From assembly GCA_043784715.1 (NCBI GenBank), contig JAYVXZ010000029.1, positions 1 through 24,331 on the forward strand: a stretch of 24,331 nucleotides of DNA, read 5' to 3'. The notes under the pieces were generated by a model, which saw only the letters and a list, made by a program, of their open reading frames with translations, searched no databases and was not told where the DNA came from. The translations under genes were made by a program, and so were the position numbers. Positions 24,124 to 24,331 of the stretch are shown here, in pieces; the stretch's first letter is position 1; the number at the start of each line of letters is the position of its first letter. This DNA is from Candidatus Adlerbacteria bacterium (lineage in GTDB: Bacteria > Patescibacteriota > Minisyncoccia > Phycocordibacterales > SBAW01).

Positions 24124-24331
24124 ATGAAATTCTGGGCTCTTTTTGCGATTTGCTTTGTACTGACCGCAATGATCTCTTTCCTTGGATTTGCTTACTATAT
24201 CTCCGGTAAGTATAATCTTTCTTTTTCGGACTCTGAAAATGTTGTACCGATGGCAGTATGGACATCTTCGCTCTATATGAAGTTGATGTTGGTTGCGTTG
24301 GTTTGGGCTTTCGCGTATTTATGGGTCAGGT
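24124..24331 (+). CDS. Small membrane protein, 3'-truncated by the window edge (MKFWALFAICFVLTAMISFLGFAYYISG...LMLVALVWAFAYLWVR...)
   Basis: GGGGAG SD 6 nt upstream, promoter, two hydrophobic segments, frame open to the window end. Confidence 0.65.
   Translation, partial: MKFWALFAICFVLTAMISFLGFAYYISGKYNLSFSDSENVVPMAVWTSSLYMKLMLVALVWAFAYLWVR

Noticed and set aside
1-24331. Alternative genetic code (TGA recoded, as in Gracilibacteria)
   Set aside because: TGA terminates thrS, A1 and A2 at sensible positions, and all core genes are intact in code 11.

Overview
This 24.3 kb window looks like a CPR/Patescibacteria (Parcubacteria-like) chromosome in genetic code 11; that assignment is inferred from the short PheT and ThrS, the rpmF-nusB/Nudix-rnc order and a solo gyrB. 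Housekeeping genes flank both ends: pheS (partial), pheT and gyrB on the left; thrS, dnaE, rnhB, rpmF, nusB-Nudix and rnc on the right. Between gyrB and thrS (about 5.1-16.0 kb) is an 11 kb cell-surface island. It holds a membrane-anchored Ig/CARDB-like protein, a sortase, an Ig-repeat membrane protein, a small lipoprotein and a twice-repeated three-gene arrangement A-B-C. A is a 4-Cys lipoprotein, B is an exported Cys-rich protein, and C is a surface protein ending in PY[VI]TLSQVPYTG + TM + basic residues. This is the best candidate for an undescribed sortase-linked surface system. Other main observations: long in-frame palindromic insertions inside two essential genes (pheT, dnaE); a 46-aa peptide gene, absent from the ORF track, with its own promoter, SD and terminator; a Cys-rich small protein ending in an ssrA-like LAAA; and a split between apparently leaderless genes and SD-led accessory genes. 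Family names are from recall of motifs; no searches were run.
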